Assembly (NCBI GenBank): GCA_013239625.1
Contig: MU053933.1
Location: 62,001-126,000, forward strand
Direction: 5' to 3'
DNA from: Lama guanicoe
Taxonomy: Eukaryota
DNA length: 64,000 bases
The notes beneath the pieces are model-generated. The model ran no database searches and was not told where the DNA came from. It was given only the letters and a program-made list of their open reading frames with translations. The position numbers were made by a program, and so were the translations under genes. Below are positions 36,996-48,432 of the stretch, piece after piece. The stretch's first letter is position 1; the number at the start of each line of letters is the position of its first letter.

Positions 36996-37255
36996 TCAGC
37001 AGCAGGAAGGGACACCACAGGGGATGGGTCTGCAGACCAGGGCGGGGCAGGAGGGCTGGCAGCACCCGGAGGACTGGCGGGAGGGGGCCACACACACAGG
37101 GGCTTGCAGCTCACGGGCAGCCGTGTGGTCAGCTTGCAGCTCACAGGCACGCACACGACAGGCCTGCGGCTCAGTGACACACAGCAAGTCTGCCGGCAGG
37201 GGCCGGGCTCACGGCAGGCCGGCCGGCAGCCCGCAGAGCAGCTAGTGTGGCACCT
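36996..37255 (-). pseudogene. KRTAP12-family pseudogene
   Basis: Reads (AGG)CHTSCSAGCRPAC...VCVPVSCK then VCVAPSRQSSGCCQPSCPALVCRPIPCGVPSCC*. The start codon is ATG>AGG, there is a 1-bp frameshift near 37100, and TATAAA is CATAAA (37357-37362). Confidence 0.88.
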
Positions 37256-38059
37256 GGAGGTGAGGCGCTGAGGTGGGGCCAGGACTGAGGGCTGGGTGCT
37301 TTGCGTGATAGCCCAAAGACTCAGGGCTGGGCTGGAGGCTCCTCCCCTGGGTGACCTTTATGCCCGGGCCATGGCCTCCTGGCCACAAGGCACGCGAGCG
37401 CCCTCCTCCCGGCCGCCTGCTGTTTTTCCTCCTCGTCCCTCCCCACAGTCTCTTCCTGGAGTTCCCGGTGGAAGTGACCCAGTTCGGGAAGCTCCTTCTC
37501 AGCGGGAGGCACCCAGTGACACAGTGGTCCTGCGACTTCTGTGATTGGAGCCTGGGCTGGATAGGGAAGGGCCACCACGTGGGGACGGAAGTCTCGCATC
37601 GTATTTTCAGGGTCCGCCCCAGTTGTAAGGACCCTGTGTCCGTCTGCACAAGCACAGCGTCCCCAACTTTGATGCGGAAACTCGGTGATCCAGGAGGTTC
37701 TTCCGCAGGGTTGGGCTCCTCACTGGGAGCCGCAGCCACATTACTGCCACGATCGCAGCGACGGGGTTCCAGCTTCGTGCCGGGGCTGAGCTAAGCGTTT
37801 CACGTGGACCCCCTTGTAACCGATTAATGACCAGTCCTGCCACCGCCCGGGGGCGGCTGGAGCCCCGTGTGCACAGGCGGTCCCTCAGGGCGATTCAGAA
37901 GGAGCCCATGACGGGCGCACGGTCTCAGCGCTGAGACGGAGAAGCAGGTACTTGGAGGTGTCAGCCCCCTGGGTCCCGGGTCCTCACATTGTGCCGCATG
38001 CGCTGGGGCCCTGGGCGTGTGCTCTGAGATTCCTGCATCTGTCAATTGGAATTTTTTTT

Positions 38060-38400
38060 TAAAAAGTCAAATTTGGGAATTTTATCTGCTATTTCTTCCC
38101 AGTTTTCTTATATATCAGTGTCATTCTCCTCTCCTCCCCAGGCAGAAATCACTTGCACGTTAGCCTCTCTGATGTTGTCTCACAGGCCTCCTCATCTTTC
38201 TTAGCTCCTTGTCCCCCTTCTTCAGGTTGGATGATTTCCACTGACGTGTCCTCAGGTCCACCGAGCCTTTCCTCTATCAGCCCAGGGTGGTGACGCCTGC
38301 TCCTCGGTTCCCACGGTCGGAATCCTCCACCGGCCCCCGCACCCTGTCGGCCCGAGCTGTGGGATTCCCCACTGCCCCTGGAACTGCCCGTTTCTGCAGC
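38060..38400 (-). mobile_element. Old L1 ORF1 fragment
   Basis: aaatttgggaattt...tcctctctcctcc...gttgtctcacagg, antisense ORF1 text. Confidence 0.55.
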
Positions 38401-38714
38401 CGTGTCCTCACAGCCCCCTGGCTGCCTCTGCCTGGAGCGCCGCCCCAACCCCCTCTCTGGACGCAGAGCCAGCTCAGCGTCGCCTCCCCTCCCGAGGCCC
38501 CCAGACCACCCACCAGCTCCCCACTTCTCTCCACCTGCTGAGCCTGCTCTCCTTTCCGGGACTCAGCCCCTCTGGAATCATCTCATGCACGAATGTTTCA
38601 TGCACTCATTTGCTCACTGCCCTGGAAGGCTCAGGCGGCGGGGGCATCTCTCTCGCCAGCACGCAGTGTAATTTGTTGCATGAACGAACCAGCTCTTGTA
38701 CTGATTACTGTGAA

Positions 38715-38900
38715 GCAGGAGCCGGCGAACTTTCTGTAAAGGGCAGAGAGCGAGACTCTCAGGCTCCGCGGTCACGCGGCCTTCCTCAGCACAGCTCAGC
38801 GTGGCCGGGCGAGCGGCCCCGGACGCTAAGCACGCAGGCGGGCGGTGCCCACAGAGCTCCGCTGCCACACAGGCAGCAGGCCAGCGCTGTCCCACAGGCT
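38715..38900 (+). mobile_element. MER58A-like hAT relic
   Basis: gcaggagccggcgaactttctgtaaagggc start motif. Confidence 0.6.
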
Positions 38901-39237
38901 CCCGCTTCGGCGTTTTCCTCTGCAAAAAACCCTCAAAGTACAGTATTGCCTCAAAGTCTTCGTTGACGTCATGAGACCTAAAGGAGTAAGAGGTTACAGC
39001 ACCGAGTCCATGCAAGGGTGCGCTGGGCACAGTGATGGCCGGAGGAACAACACACACCCCACGTAAAGTCAGACCAGAACATCCTGCTTACGGGCGGAGG
39101 AATTGGCCTCAAAGCCAAACTAATTTGTGGTGAAGAACAATACAGGAAAGTGCGTCCCATGATAATAAGGCGTTGGCAACAACCTCGAGGAAGTCAGCAG
39201 GTGAGCTTCTGTGCTGCTGGGACGCCCACGGCCCGGG

Positions 39238-39243
39238 TATAAA
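39238..39243 (+). promoter_or_regulatory. TATA box of the KRTAP12-like gene
   Basis: cccgggTATAAAggc ~75 bp upstream of the ATG. Confidence 0.8.
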
Positions 39244-39312
39244 GGCAGCCCGGGCAGGGAGGCTGCAGACATCACCGCCCTCCTCCCGACGCCAGCCCAG
39301 CCCTAAGCCACC

Positions 39313-39660
39313 ATGTGCCACACCAGCTGCTCCTCCGGCTGCCAGGCTGCCTGCTACGTGCCCAGCTCCGGCCAGGCGTCCTGCTGCACGTCCAGGCCCT
39401 GCCAGGCGTCCTGCTATGTGCCCCTGACCTGTAAGCCAGCTGTGTGCGTGCCCGTGAGCTGCAGGCCCGTGTGCCTGCCCGTGAGCTGCAGGCCCACCGT
39501 GGGTGTGGCCCCCTCCTGCCAGTCCTTTGTGCGTGTGCCCGTGAGCTACAAACAGGTCGTGTACGTGGCCCCCTCCTGCCAGTCCTCCGGGTGCCTCCAG
39601 CCCTCCTGCCCTACCCTGGTCTACAGACCCTCCTCCTGTAGCACTCCCTCGTGCTTTTGA
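39313..39660 (+). CDS. KRTAP12-like: Keratin-associated protein, KRTAP12 family (115 aa, single exon)
   Basis: MCHTSCSSGCQ N-terminus, VCVPVSC(R/K)P repeats and the C-terminus APSCQSSGCLQPSCPTLVYRPSSCSTPSCF. Kozak gccaccATG, TATA, AATAAA at 39917. Confidence 0.92.
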   Translation: MCHTSCSSGCQAACYVPSSGQASCCTSRPCQASCYVPLTCKPAVCVPVSCRPVCLPVSCRPTVGVAPSCQSFVRVPVSYKQVVYVAPSCQSSGCLQPSCPTLVYRPSSCSTPSCF

Positions 39661-39954
39661 CTGTGAGCCTCCTCCCAGCTGCCCCCTGTGCAGATGAGTT
39701 CATACCTGTGCCCCTCCCAGAACGAGTCCTCCATGGGTCTCCAGGTTCTGCACGTGGCAGATGAAAAACGCATGATGAACCAACCCTCTGAACTCTGGGG
39801 CAAGAGCGTGGCAGGACGATCTGGATCTTTCTACGAATCTGCGCATCTCCTCTGGAAGCCCTGGTTCCCAGGGTCCCTCTCTGTCTCCGGCAGGAAGCCA
39901 CATCCCATGTGTGACAAATAAATCATGCATTCTCAATGGAGTGTGTCCCTCCAT

Positions 39955-40355
39955 TTTTTTTAATTCTTATTTTTTTATTGAAGTATTGTCAATTTACAAT
40001 GTTAATTTCAGATAAACAGCAAAGCGATTCAGTGATACATACACATACTTTTTTTTTCTGTTTCTTTTCCATTGAAACTTACTACAAGAAATTGAATAGA
40101 GCTCCCTGTGCTGCACAGTAGGTCCTTGTTGTTTATCTATTTTATATATGGTAATGTATATCTATTAATCCCAAACTTCTGATCTATCCCTGCCCCTCCT
40201 TTTCCCCTCTAGTGACCACAGTTTTTTTCTTTGTCTATGAATTTATGTCTGGTTTATAAATAAAAGTTGTACCTTTTTTTTAGATTCCACATATAAGGGA
40301 CATCATATGACACTTGTCTTTCTCTGTCTGACTTACTTCACTTAGCATGATCATC
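39955..40355 (-). mobile_element. L1 3' end fragment
   Basis: ttttattgaagtattgtcaatttacaatg...agattccacatataag...ttcacttagcatga. Confidence 0.88.
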
Positions 40356-41264
40356 CTCACTTTCTGTCACCACATACTTTGAAGTTTCTTCTTGGAGGTG
40401 TGAACAAACCACAAGCACAGCAGCCCCCTCACAGAGCCTCCTGGTGGCCCAGCTGGGGTGGGGGCCTTGGTGAGTGGAGGGTCAGGAAGATGTGTCCCCA
40501 TGTCCACCCCTCGAGACTCATGCTGTGGGTGGGGGAGGACTTCCCTCCCTCTGAGAGGCGGATGGGAAACAGGCCTGGGTCCCACCTGGTCCCTAAAGGG
40601 TGACTACACAGGGAGGGCCAGAAACACCCACACAAACCCATCACACTTACAGTGGGGAGGCTGGATGTCCCAGGAGAAGAGGCAGGAAGTCTGAGAAAGC
40701 CTCACCCTCCTAGCCCCGGGCACACAGGGCCTGCTAAGGCTGGCCCTGGACCAGGACCAGAGAGCCCTGCTGGCTCCCGACTCCAGCCCGGCCAGCGCAG
40801 CTGCCTGAGCAGTGCTGGTCTCCACCAGGGAACGGCAGTTATGTGTAGAGGTCCCTTCTGTGTGCCAGGCAAGCAGGGCCAGCTGAAAACATAGGGCAGA
40901 GCAAAACATTGCATCCCCCAGCTCTTGTCCTAAGCACAAGACACTGGCATCCCCACTGGAATCTGAAGTTGCTGGTACCCTGAAAGTCCCAAACTGAGGC
41001 CAACACCTGAGCAGGTTGATTCAAACCTCCCTCCAACACGTTGATGCCTTACAGAAGAGACACGGCCATTCCCAGGAGGAAACACTTTATGTCCATTGAA
41101 ATGAACACATGATATCTGAGATTCAACAAAGAAGACATACAAAAAAGCAGGGGGGTGGTGTTGGTAATAAATCCACTGTCAAGAGACAAAGCAATCAACA
41201 CAACTAGACTCCAAGTGACCCAGAGGTTGGAGCTGCCAGGTTGGAATTTTAAAATAACTATGAG

Positions 41265-41475
41265 TATGAAATAAGTCAGACAGAGAAAGACAAATACTGT
41301 ATAATCTCACTTATACATACAGTCTAAGAAGAAAACAAATGCATAGATACAGTGAACAGACTGGTGGTTGTCAGAGGTAGGGGGAGGGGATAGGCAAAGG
41401 GAATCAAAAGGTACAAATATCCAGTTACAAAATAAATATGTCCTGGGGATGTGATGCACAGCACAGTGACTGTCA
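41265..41475 (+). mobile_element. L1 3'UTR fragment within an older L1 ORF1 remnant (~41170-41700)
   Basis: gaaataagtcagacagagaaagacaaatactgt...ggtacaaatatccagttacaaaataaat. Confidence 0.8.
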
Positions 41476-42444
41476 GAGGAAAAAAATCTATTTTTAATTA
41501 TTTATTTTTATTTAAAGAAATAAAAGAGCATTATGAAAACGAAGTGAGAGTCTATTAAAATAAAAGAAAGAAACAGACTTCGGGAGAAACAAACAAAACT
41601 TCTACAAATAAAAAAGTCAAGTATTGGAAATTAAAAACTCAATGGATACGTCAAACAGAATATTAGACACAGCTGAAGACAGAATTAGAAAAATTAGAAG
41701 GCAGGTGTTTGATGTCAGCTGTCATCCCTTTCCAGGAATTGACTCTGAGACAGCTGTGTTCACCAAGGTCAGGCCCCCTTCCCAGGGGACTCACATGTAA
41801 TCACTGATCCAGGGCAATAAAGGCCTGGTCTGGGGCCCCAACTCAGGGCAGCTCTAACAGACACTCCCAACTTGAGATCTCTCTCTGAGGTCACTGAATG
41901 CATCACAGCCCAGCTCTGCCTGAGTTCAATCCTGCTTCCTTCCGCTCCACAGATGTTGATCCCAAGAGAGCTCCCTAATAAACCTAATATCTCAGCACCT
42001 CCGTCTGCAGCAAAGGACCTTGAAGCAATGACAGCCCGTTAGCAGTGAGTGCCCCAGGACCCCAGCTGTGGTTGCTAAATCTCATTTCCCACTGAAAAGG
42101 GCCAGATGCTCCCTGGAGGGATGGCAGGCTTCTGGGGCAAGAGATAAGCACAATGAGTCTGGGCCATCTTGAGCTCCGAAGCAAGGAAGCTATCAAAGAC
42201 TGCTGAGATGGTGTCAAAAGGACACAGGAGTCAGCCTGCAGGGGCTTCCACTGGCGCCCACCAAAGGGGTCATTCCATCCTCCAAACGAGGGTACTACAG
42301 AAGTTACTAAGACTGTTATTCTGAAAACTAATAAAAAGGACAGAATAAATCAGGTATCTGGTCTTTCCTATAAAAAGAGCATTTTAGTGTAAACAAATAG
42401 GCGTTGAAGGAAAGTTCTTTTTTTCTTATCTTTAATACATACAC

Positions 42445-42645
42445 ATTTTTATTGAAGTATAGTCAGTTTACAATGTTGTGGCAGTTTCTGGTGTACAGCA
42501 TAATGCTTCAGTCATACGTGAACATACATACATTTGTTTTCATATTCTTTTTCACCAGAAGTTACTACAAGATATTGAATATATTTCCCTGTGCTATACT
42601 GTATGAACTTGTTTATCTATTTTATGTACATATTAATTAGTATTT
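42445..42645 (-). mobile_element. L1 extreme 3' end fragment
   Basis: tttttattgaagtatagtcagtttacaatgttgtg, a camelid/artiodactyl L1 tail. Confidence 0.85.
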
Positions 42646-42660
42646 TTTAATTAAAAAAAT

Positions 42661-42778
42661 CTGGGGGGTAGGTAATTAGGTATATGTATTTTTTTAATTT
42701 AACGGAGGTACTAGGGGTTGAACCCAGGACCTCGTGCATGCTAGCCATGCATTTTACCACTGAGTTACACCCTCCCCC
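42661..42778 (-). mobile_element. tRNA-derived SINE (camelid vic-1 type)
   Basis: Reverse complement ggggagggtgtaactcagtggtaaaatgcatggctagcatgcacgaggtcctgggttcaacc...cctaattacc; homologous to 11278-11398. Confidence 0.85.
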
Positions 42779-43431
42779 AAAATGCTTCTTTATAGAACTC
42801 CAGCTTCTAAATGTAGAGGAAATGGGCGACAGTTGTATCTTGCAAAGCCCAATGACATAATGGATCTAAACCCAGATTTTCAGTGGCTGCAGAAACTGAG
42901 AAGGTTGACAGCAGTTGCCCCAGGGGTCGACCTCAACAGCACATCCCCCAAACCAAGGCACCCAGACACCACTGGCCTCTCCATGTGACAGGCGCTCTTG
43001 GAAGCACAAAGCTCCTGGGAAGCATCCTCGCCGGAGTTGAACCTGCATTTCAGCCCGTCCGTAGATCTTCTCCCGTTTTACAGGAAATATAGGAGATGGA
43101 GGAATTTTTTTAAAGAACATCTAAAGATTCAAACAACCTGATCCAGAATGCTGAAAAATCCCCCGGACAAATCCCTGGATTTCTTTAACAAGTAGACGCT
43201 GTAAGAATTACTGTAAATCAGAAGGGGCTTCAGAGAAGCATCAGCAGTGTGCTTTATTGGAGCCTCGTTTGAACAAGTAACACATCAAGGCCTTCTTCCC
43301 TCGTCCACACGAATAGAGCTACCCCGCCCTTCTTAATGCCCGAGCAGCAGCTCCTCGCACAGACATGGTGCAATGGCACCTTTCCGCTGTTAACAGTCTT
43401 CATCTAGGCTCCTTTTTGCTGTTGTTGCCAT

Positions 43432-43935
43432 TGTGAATGAAAAATATTGCAGCCACATCAGTAAACAAAGGGCGCTGTGGCCATCAAATCATCAGCCACT
43501 ACTGCCGTCCCCAGTGGTGAGCAGGAGGGGCTCAGGCTGGAGACAGGCAGGCAGCCCGGCCTCTGCAGCCGCCCCCAGCGGCGTCCCCTGAGGGGCTCAG
43601 GATGGGAGAGAACGGGCCACTGGCCCCAGACAGCCAGGTGCACCTCGAAGGAGTGGTCTCAGTGAGCCCAGACTTTTGCATCTTCCCACACACAGAAAAG
43701 CCCTAAACTCCTTCACTTAAGATGCCTGGTTTTCTTTAATTGACAGTAATTTCTTGATGTTCTGACTACCTGGTCTTTGTGGCAAAACGCCTGTATATCC
43801 TGGCTCCTCCTCTACCTCTTTGGAGCCGGCCGTCAGAGCGACCTGAGGGGCTTGTCTGGGCTCAAGTCCTCAGAAATGTCCGCCAAATAAAGCATAACTC
43901 TCAACTTTTATGCTGTGCCTTTTCTTTTTCCCCAA
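43432..43935 (+). mobile_element. ERV1-type solo LTR (family A, copy 3)
   Basis: tgtgaatgaaaaatattgcagccacatcagtaaacaaagg...aataaagcataactctcaac. Near-TSD CCAT/TCAT inside an old L1 fragment. Confidence 0.85.
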
Positions 43936-44149
43936 TCATCACTGTTACAAGCAATGTGATGGTAAACACCCTTTACATGTGTCCTTGTGCAAGCATTCCT
44001 GCTGGGCTGGCTCCTAGGGGAAAATGTCCACTTTTTAAGCAAGAGAACACAGAAAGGCTCCCGCCCAGGGCACTCAGTGTCTACACAGCAGGGCCGGGAT
44101 GGAGTCCAGAGTCTGCTGTGTCCGGCCCCAGGAAAGCTGATCACATCGT

Positions 44150-44700
44150 CCATCTCCCGCACCGCCGTCTGCCCCGCGGACTCTAGACGGCACAGGGGAC
44201 TGAATGTAAACGTCTCGTCGCGCACAGGCTGCGGCAGCATCCCACGCGGCGGGCGGCGCTGCAAGCGCCTGACACCTGTGGCCAGTGAATCTGGGGGTCC
44301 AAGCATCCCCGTGGCTGAGCGATATTTCTCAGCTGGAACCCGGGAAACGGATGGAGCACGGAGCCGCCCACGCTCGGAGAGCGTCCCCGGGTCCGGGCGG
44401 AGGATGAGGCAGCGGGCGCGGCAGAATTCCTCCGGGCATGAGGCTTGGTAACGCACATCCGCCGCTCCCAGGGGCTTCGCGGTCCCGTTCCACTGAATCG
44501 AGGACTCTGGAGAAGGGCGGACAAGGATGCCTCTTGAGTAGGTGGCCCCGAGAGAGGCTCCCTTGTCCTGTCCCCTTCCAGGGGGCAGTGGGGCCGACCT
44601 GGAATAAGAAGGCTTGTTTTCTGGTATCTCCCCCAACCTGTTTTGTCCATCTCCGCAAAGGAGGTGTTGCTTAGCAACCGGAGAGAGGCAATGACGTCCT
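44150..44700. promoter_or_regulatory. CpG-rich promoter/enhancer-like region with an RFX X-box and a CTCF-like motif
   Basis: High CpG density over 44150-44550, GTTGCTTAGCAAC at 44666-44678 and ccttccagggggcagtg at ~44574-44590. Confidence 0.45.
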
Positions 44701-45340
44701 TGGACTATTCGGTTCCACTCCTGTGACACTTAACTCTGGTTGATTATTAGCACACGGACTGAGGTGACAACCTGCCTTAAAGAAAAACGAGTGCTACAAA
44801 GTCACCAAGGGGCAGAAAAGGGACTTCTAGTGTGGCTTTGGGAAGGGGTCTGGCTGGCACAAAATTTTTCAATTCTCAAAAAGAATCTTTCTTCCTAAAC
44901 CTGCAAGATTCCTTGGGCAAGAGGACAATAGGTGTTAAGAAAGCTCTTTGAAATATGAGCCGCTCCATTTACTGTCTAATCTGCAAAGCTGCCATGCGAA
45001 TGTGATCTCTGCTGGCCAGGCTCCCTGACATTTGTAAGCTTTTCTGCTTTGTAAGTATATTAAGCAACCGGAAAATAATATTGTGGAGGTAACTAGGGTA
45101 TACCATTAATGGGCCTTCTGTGTCTTTTTCTGTAAGAATGTGTTAATAATTTACATTTTAACTAAGAGTTACTGTTGATGCGGTGGTAGAAAGACTTTTC
45201 AAAGAGCCATTTCTATCACCAGGTAAATAATCCTAGATAAGCCTTTGCTTTCCCTGAGACTCAGGTGTCTTGGAAACTTTAAGGTATGCCCTTGGGAAAG
45301 TTAGTTTGGCTGCTGTCCTCCCATGGTAAATTGGCAGACA

Positions 45341-45384
45341 AAAAAAAAGGAAAGAAAGAAAGAGAGAGAGAAGGAAAGAAAGAA

Positions 45385-45423
<39 letters not shown>

Positions 45424-45432
45424 GAAGAGAAA
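45341..45432. repeat. (GAAA)n / purine-rich microsatellite
   Basis: Direct reading. Confidence 0.95.
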
Positions 45433-45492
45433 AGCCACCCAATGGTTCACGCAGAGATGTCAGGCACTTTCCCAAACTCACAGTTCTAGGCT

Positions 45493-46049
45493 TGTGGGTG
45501 AAGAATGCTGCCCGCCATCTCAGTAAACAAAGGATGTTGTGGCCATCAAGCCATCAGCCACTGCAGCCACTCCTGACTGTGCACCCAGAGGGGACTCAGG
45601 ATGGAGAACAGCAGGACGCTGGCCCTAGAGAGCTGAGGTGCAGCTCAAAGGAGTGATTTCAGTGATTGCATCTTCTCATACATAGGAAAGCCCTAAATTC
45701 CTTAACTTGAGATGTCTGGTTTTTCTTAATTAACGGTAATCTTTTGATGTTTCAACTAGGTGGTATTTGTTGCAAAAAGCCCCTATATATCCTGGCTCCT
45801 CCCTAATCTCTTTGGAGCAATCCCTCCAGAGCGCCCTTCCACCTACTCAAGAGGCATCCTTGTCCGCCCTTCTCCAGAGTCCTCGATTCAGTGGAATGGG
45901 ACCGCGAAGCCCCTGGGTGCGGCGGATGTGCGTTACCAAGCCTAATGCCCGGAGGAATTCTGAGAGCCTGTCTCCCTGGCTTACGTCCTCAGCCCTCGAA
46001 TAAAACATAATTCTCAGCTTCTAGGTTGTGCGTTTTATTTCGGTTAACA
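45493..46049 (+). mobile_element. ERV1-type solo LTR (family A, copy 4) carrying a ~125-bp foreign insertion
   Basis: Homologous to copies 1-3 except for the extra segment ~45834-45958. Confidence 0.85.
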
Positions 46050-47074
46050 ATTCCCATCAACACGACCTCCTTCAGGGCTTTCTGGCACCGTGCGGGATCC
46101 CTTTGCTCCTGCTTATTGAACCAGAGCAAGAAAAACAGAGAGGAATCTGACTTCTAACAGGGTCATCATTCACCTGCAACGTGCAGATCCCCAGACAGAA
46201 AGAGAGGCCCTCAGACGGAAAAAAGATGCACTGATCTGGGCTTGCAGGCAGGCACTGCCTTCACAGCGGCGTCAGTTCCTGGAAGAGACGAGGTTCTGGC
46301 AAAAAAGGGGTCAGGCCCCTGCAGGACAGGTCACACAGATGCCAGCGCCTTTGTCCCCATCTCTGTGCAGCTGTTTGTCTCGCATTTGTGACTCATCCTG
46401 CCTGTGTGCAAAAGAGCCCAGGGAGAGGTGAATGTCACAGCCCCAGAGATGCCCCACACTGAGGGGACCGCTGGAGGGTTGTCACAGCAGCTGGCTTGTT
46501 CTTCAGTGTTCAGTCACCTGCAAACCCAGGCTGTGGGTCACTTTGCCAAGAGTCAACCCTGGCAGTTTTCCAGAATGTACAAATAGAATCAGCAGCCTGA
46601 GGACATGCCTCTGCCTCCCTCCTCAGCACCAAAAACCTGCAGCCGAGGTCAGGACAACTTAACCTCGGCACTCGGCATTTCCCCTATAAGAACATTCTTC
46701 ATGAAAGTCAGCAGGCCACTGTCCTTGGCCTCCGTCATATTGCACCCACTGCTTCCTCCTCCTCCAGGAAGCCTGCTTAGAGTAAACCACTCAACTCTGA
46801 GAAAGGATGAGTAAGACTGAGCAGCCAGAAGACTGAGCCTAAGCAGCCAGATGGTCTGGGTCAGCACCAAGCTTTGTCCCTCAAAGGGGAAAGTCACTCA
46901 CCTTCTCCAAGTCTCCACGTTGTAGGGCGGGACATCCTGAAGCTGGAGGTAATTAACATACAGCCCTGAGCAAAGGCTGGCACAAAATTAGCAGTTGGTG
47001 AGTGTCCGTCAGTGCTGCTGCTTCCGGCCAGCCCACCTGATGGGCTGGGCTACACCGAGCCGGCGCCAAGACGG

Positions 47075-47597
47075 CCCCCAGCAATAATCGTGCCTCTTGG
47101 CATTCACCTCCTGTGTGATCCCTTCCCCTGTAGTGGGGGCTGGACCTAGTGACTTGCTTCTAAAGGACAAGAAAGTAGCAAGCATGATGGAATGTTTTAA
47201 GACTGACTCCCGTCCTGTGGGACTCTTTGTCTACTGTGCTGCCAGCTTGCCCCCTCCAATGACGCTGCAGCGTCATCAGAGAGGCCCTGGTCCACGTGGC
47301 AAGGAATAGGGCAGCTTCTGTCCAACAGCCAGTGAAGCCCTGAGGCTGACAGCCAGCCCGCGAGGAGCCAGGTCCTGCCCACAAGCGCTGAGAGAGTGCC
47401 CAGGCAGATCCACCCTAGTGGAACTTCAGGTGGCTGGGGCCCCAAATGGGCACCTGGACTGCAAGCTTGGGGGAGGCTCCAAAGAAGAGGGGTTGCCCAC
47501 ACTGTGCCTGGACCCCCCCGGGGAACCTGTGAGATGACAGGTGTTCTGAGCCGCTGTGCCCTGGGCTGACTTGTTAGGCAGCCATAGCTGATGCATA
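47075..47597 (+). mobile_element. MaLR LTR (MLT1E/F-like)
   Basis: ggctggacctagtgacttgcttct...ccacgtggcaaggaa...ctgtgagatgacag...ttgttaggcagccatagctgatgca. Confidence 0.7.
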
Positions 47598-48007
47598 CAG
47601 AGCCTCACCTGCCCTGGGCCTGCAGATTGTATGTGCCACTAGCAGAAACGCTCTTCCCCAACTCAGCACGTCTCTATCAATACCTGCAGAGCACTGGCGC
47701 TGGTCCCGCTCCTTAGAGATGATACGTCCCCCAGGGTCTGTGGAAGGGGCGCTAGGACCACAGAGAGCTGCTCCAGGGGCAGATGTTCACAGACAAATGG
47801 AGCTGAGGATGGAGACAGTGGACAGCAGGACAGCCAGCAGGGCTGGGCCTCTTGTCCCTGAAATACTCCAGGACCTGTCCTTAGGTGGCCCCTGCACCAA
47901 GACCCTCCAAGTGCTCCCCCTGGAGGCCCCCTCTGGGGGCCCTGGGGCTCTGCTCCTGCACCCCGGCCAGTGTCCGTCCACCCGATCAGTGCCCGGTGCC
48001 ATGCAGG

Positions 48008-48432
48008 TGTAGGGGGCGAGCCCTGTCTCTCCCTCTCAGGTCTCTGGCTGGCCTGAGAATGAAATAAGGTGAACTGACAGGAGAAGCACATACACTTTTA
48101 TTCAATGTAATTTTCACCAGGCACAGGACCCTCACAAGGAAGTGAAGGCCCCGAGAAGCAGCAACACCTACATGCGTTCATACCGCAAAGTGACTGAATA
48201 CACGGTGGTGGGGAGGAGCGTGAGCGCCGTTCGAACGAGGCCTGTGCAGAGCCCCCCCCCCGTCCTCCTGGTGCTGGGTGGGCCGCCCTCACAGGGGACC
48301 TCTACCTCCCACTTTGAGGAGGAGGGGGGCACTCAGAGCGCCCTTCCTGCACCTGCTGCCGGCAAGTGCCTTCAGCGGAAACTGATCCTTGCATCAACAG
48401 GGCAGTTCTGGGGGCCTGTTCTGCCCCTTTCA
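48008..48432 (-). mobile_element. Older ERV1-type LTR
   Basis: TG...CA ends, near-TSD CAGG/CAGT and a minus-strand AATAAA (ttttatt ~48096). A related, CpG-rich decayed element lies at ~1060-1620. Confidence 0.5.

Noticed and set aside
43908..44729. 273-aa minus-strand ORF
   Set aside because: GC-rich, extends into L1/LTR sequence, and has no recognisable domain.
43432..46049. Two co-oriented LTRs read as a provirus
   Set aside because: No primer-binding site or gag/pol between them. Copy 3 has its own near-TSD within an L1 fragment, and the LTRs are clearly diverged.
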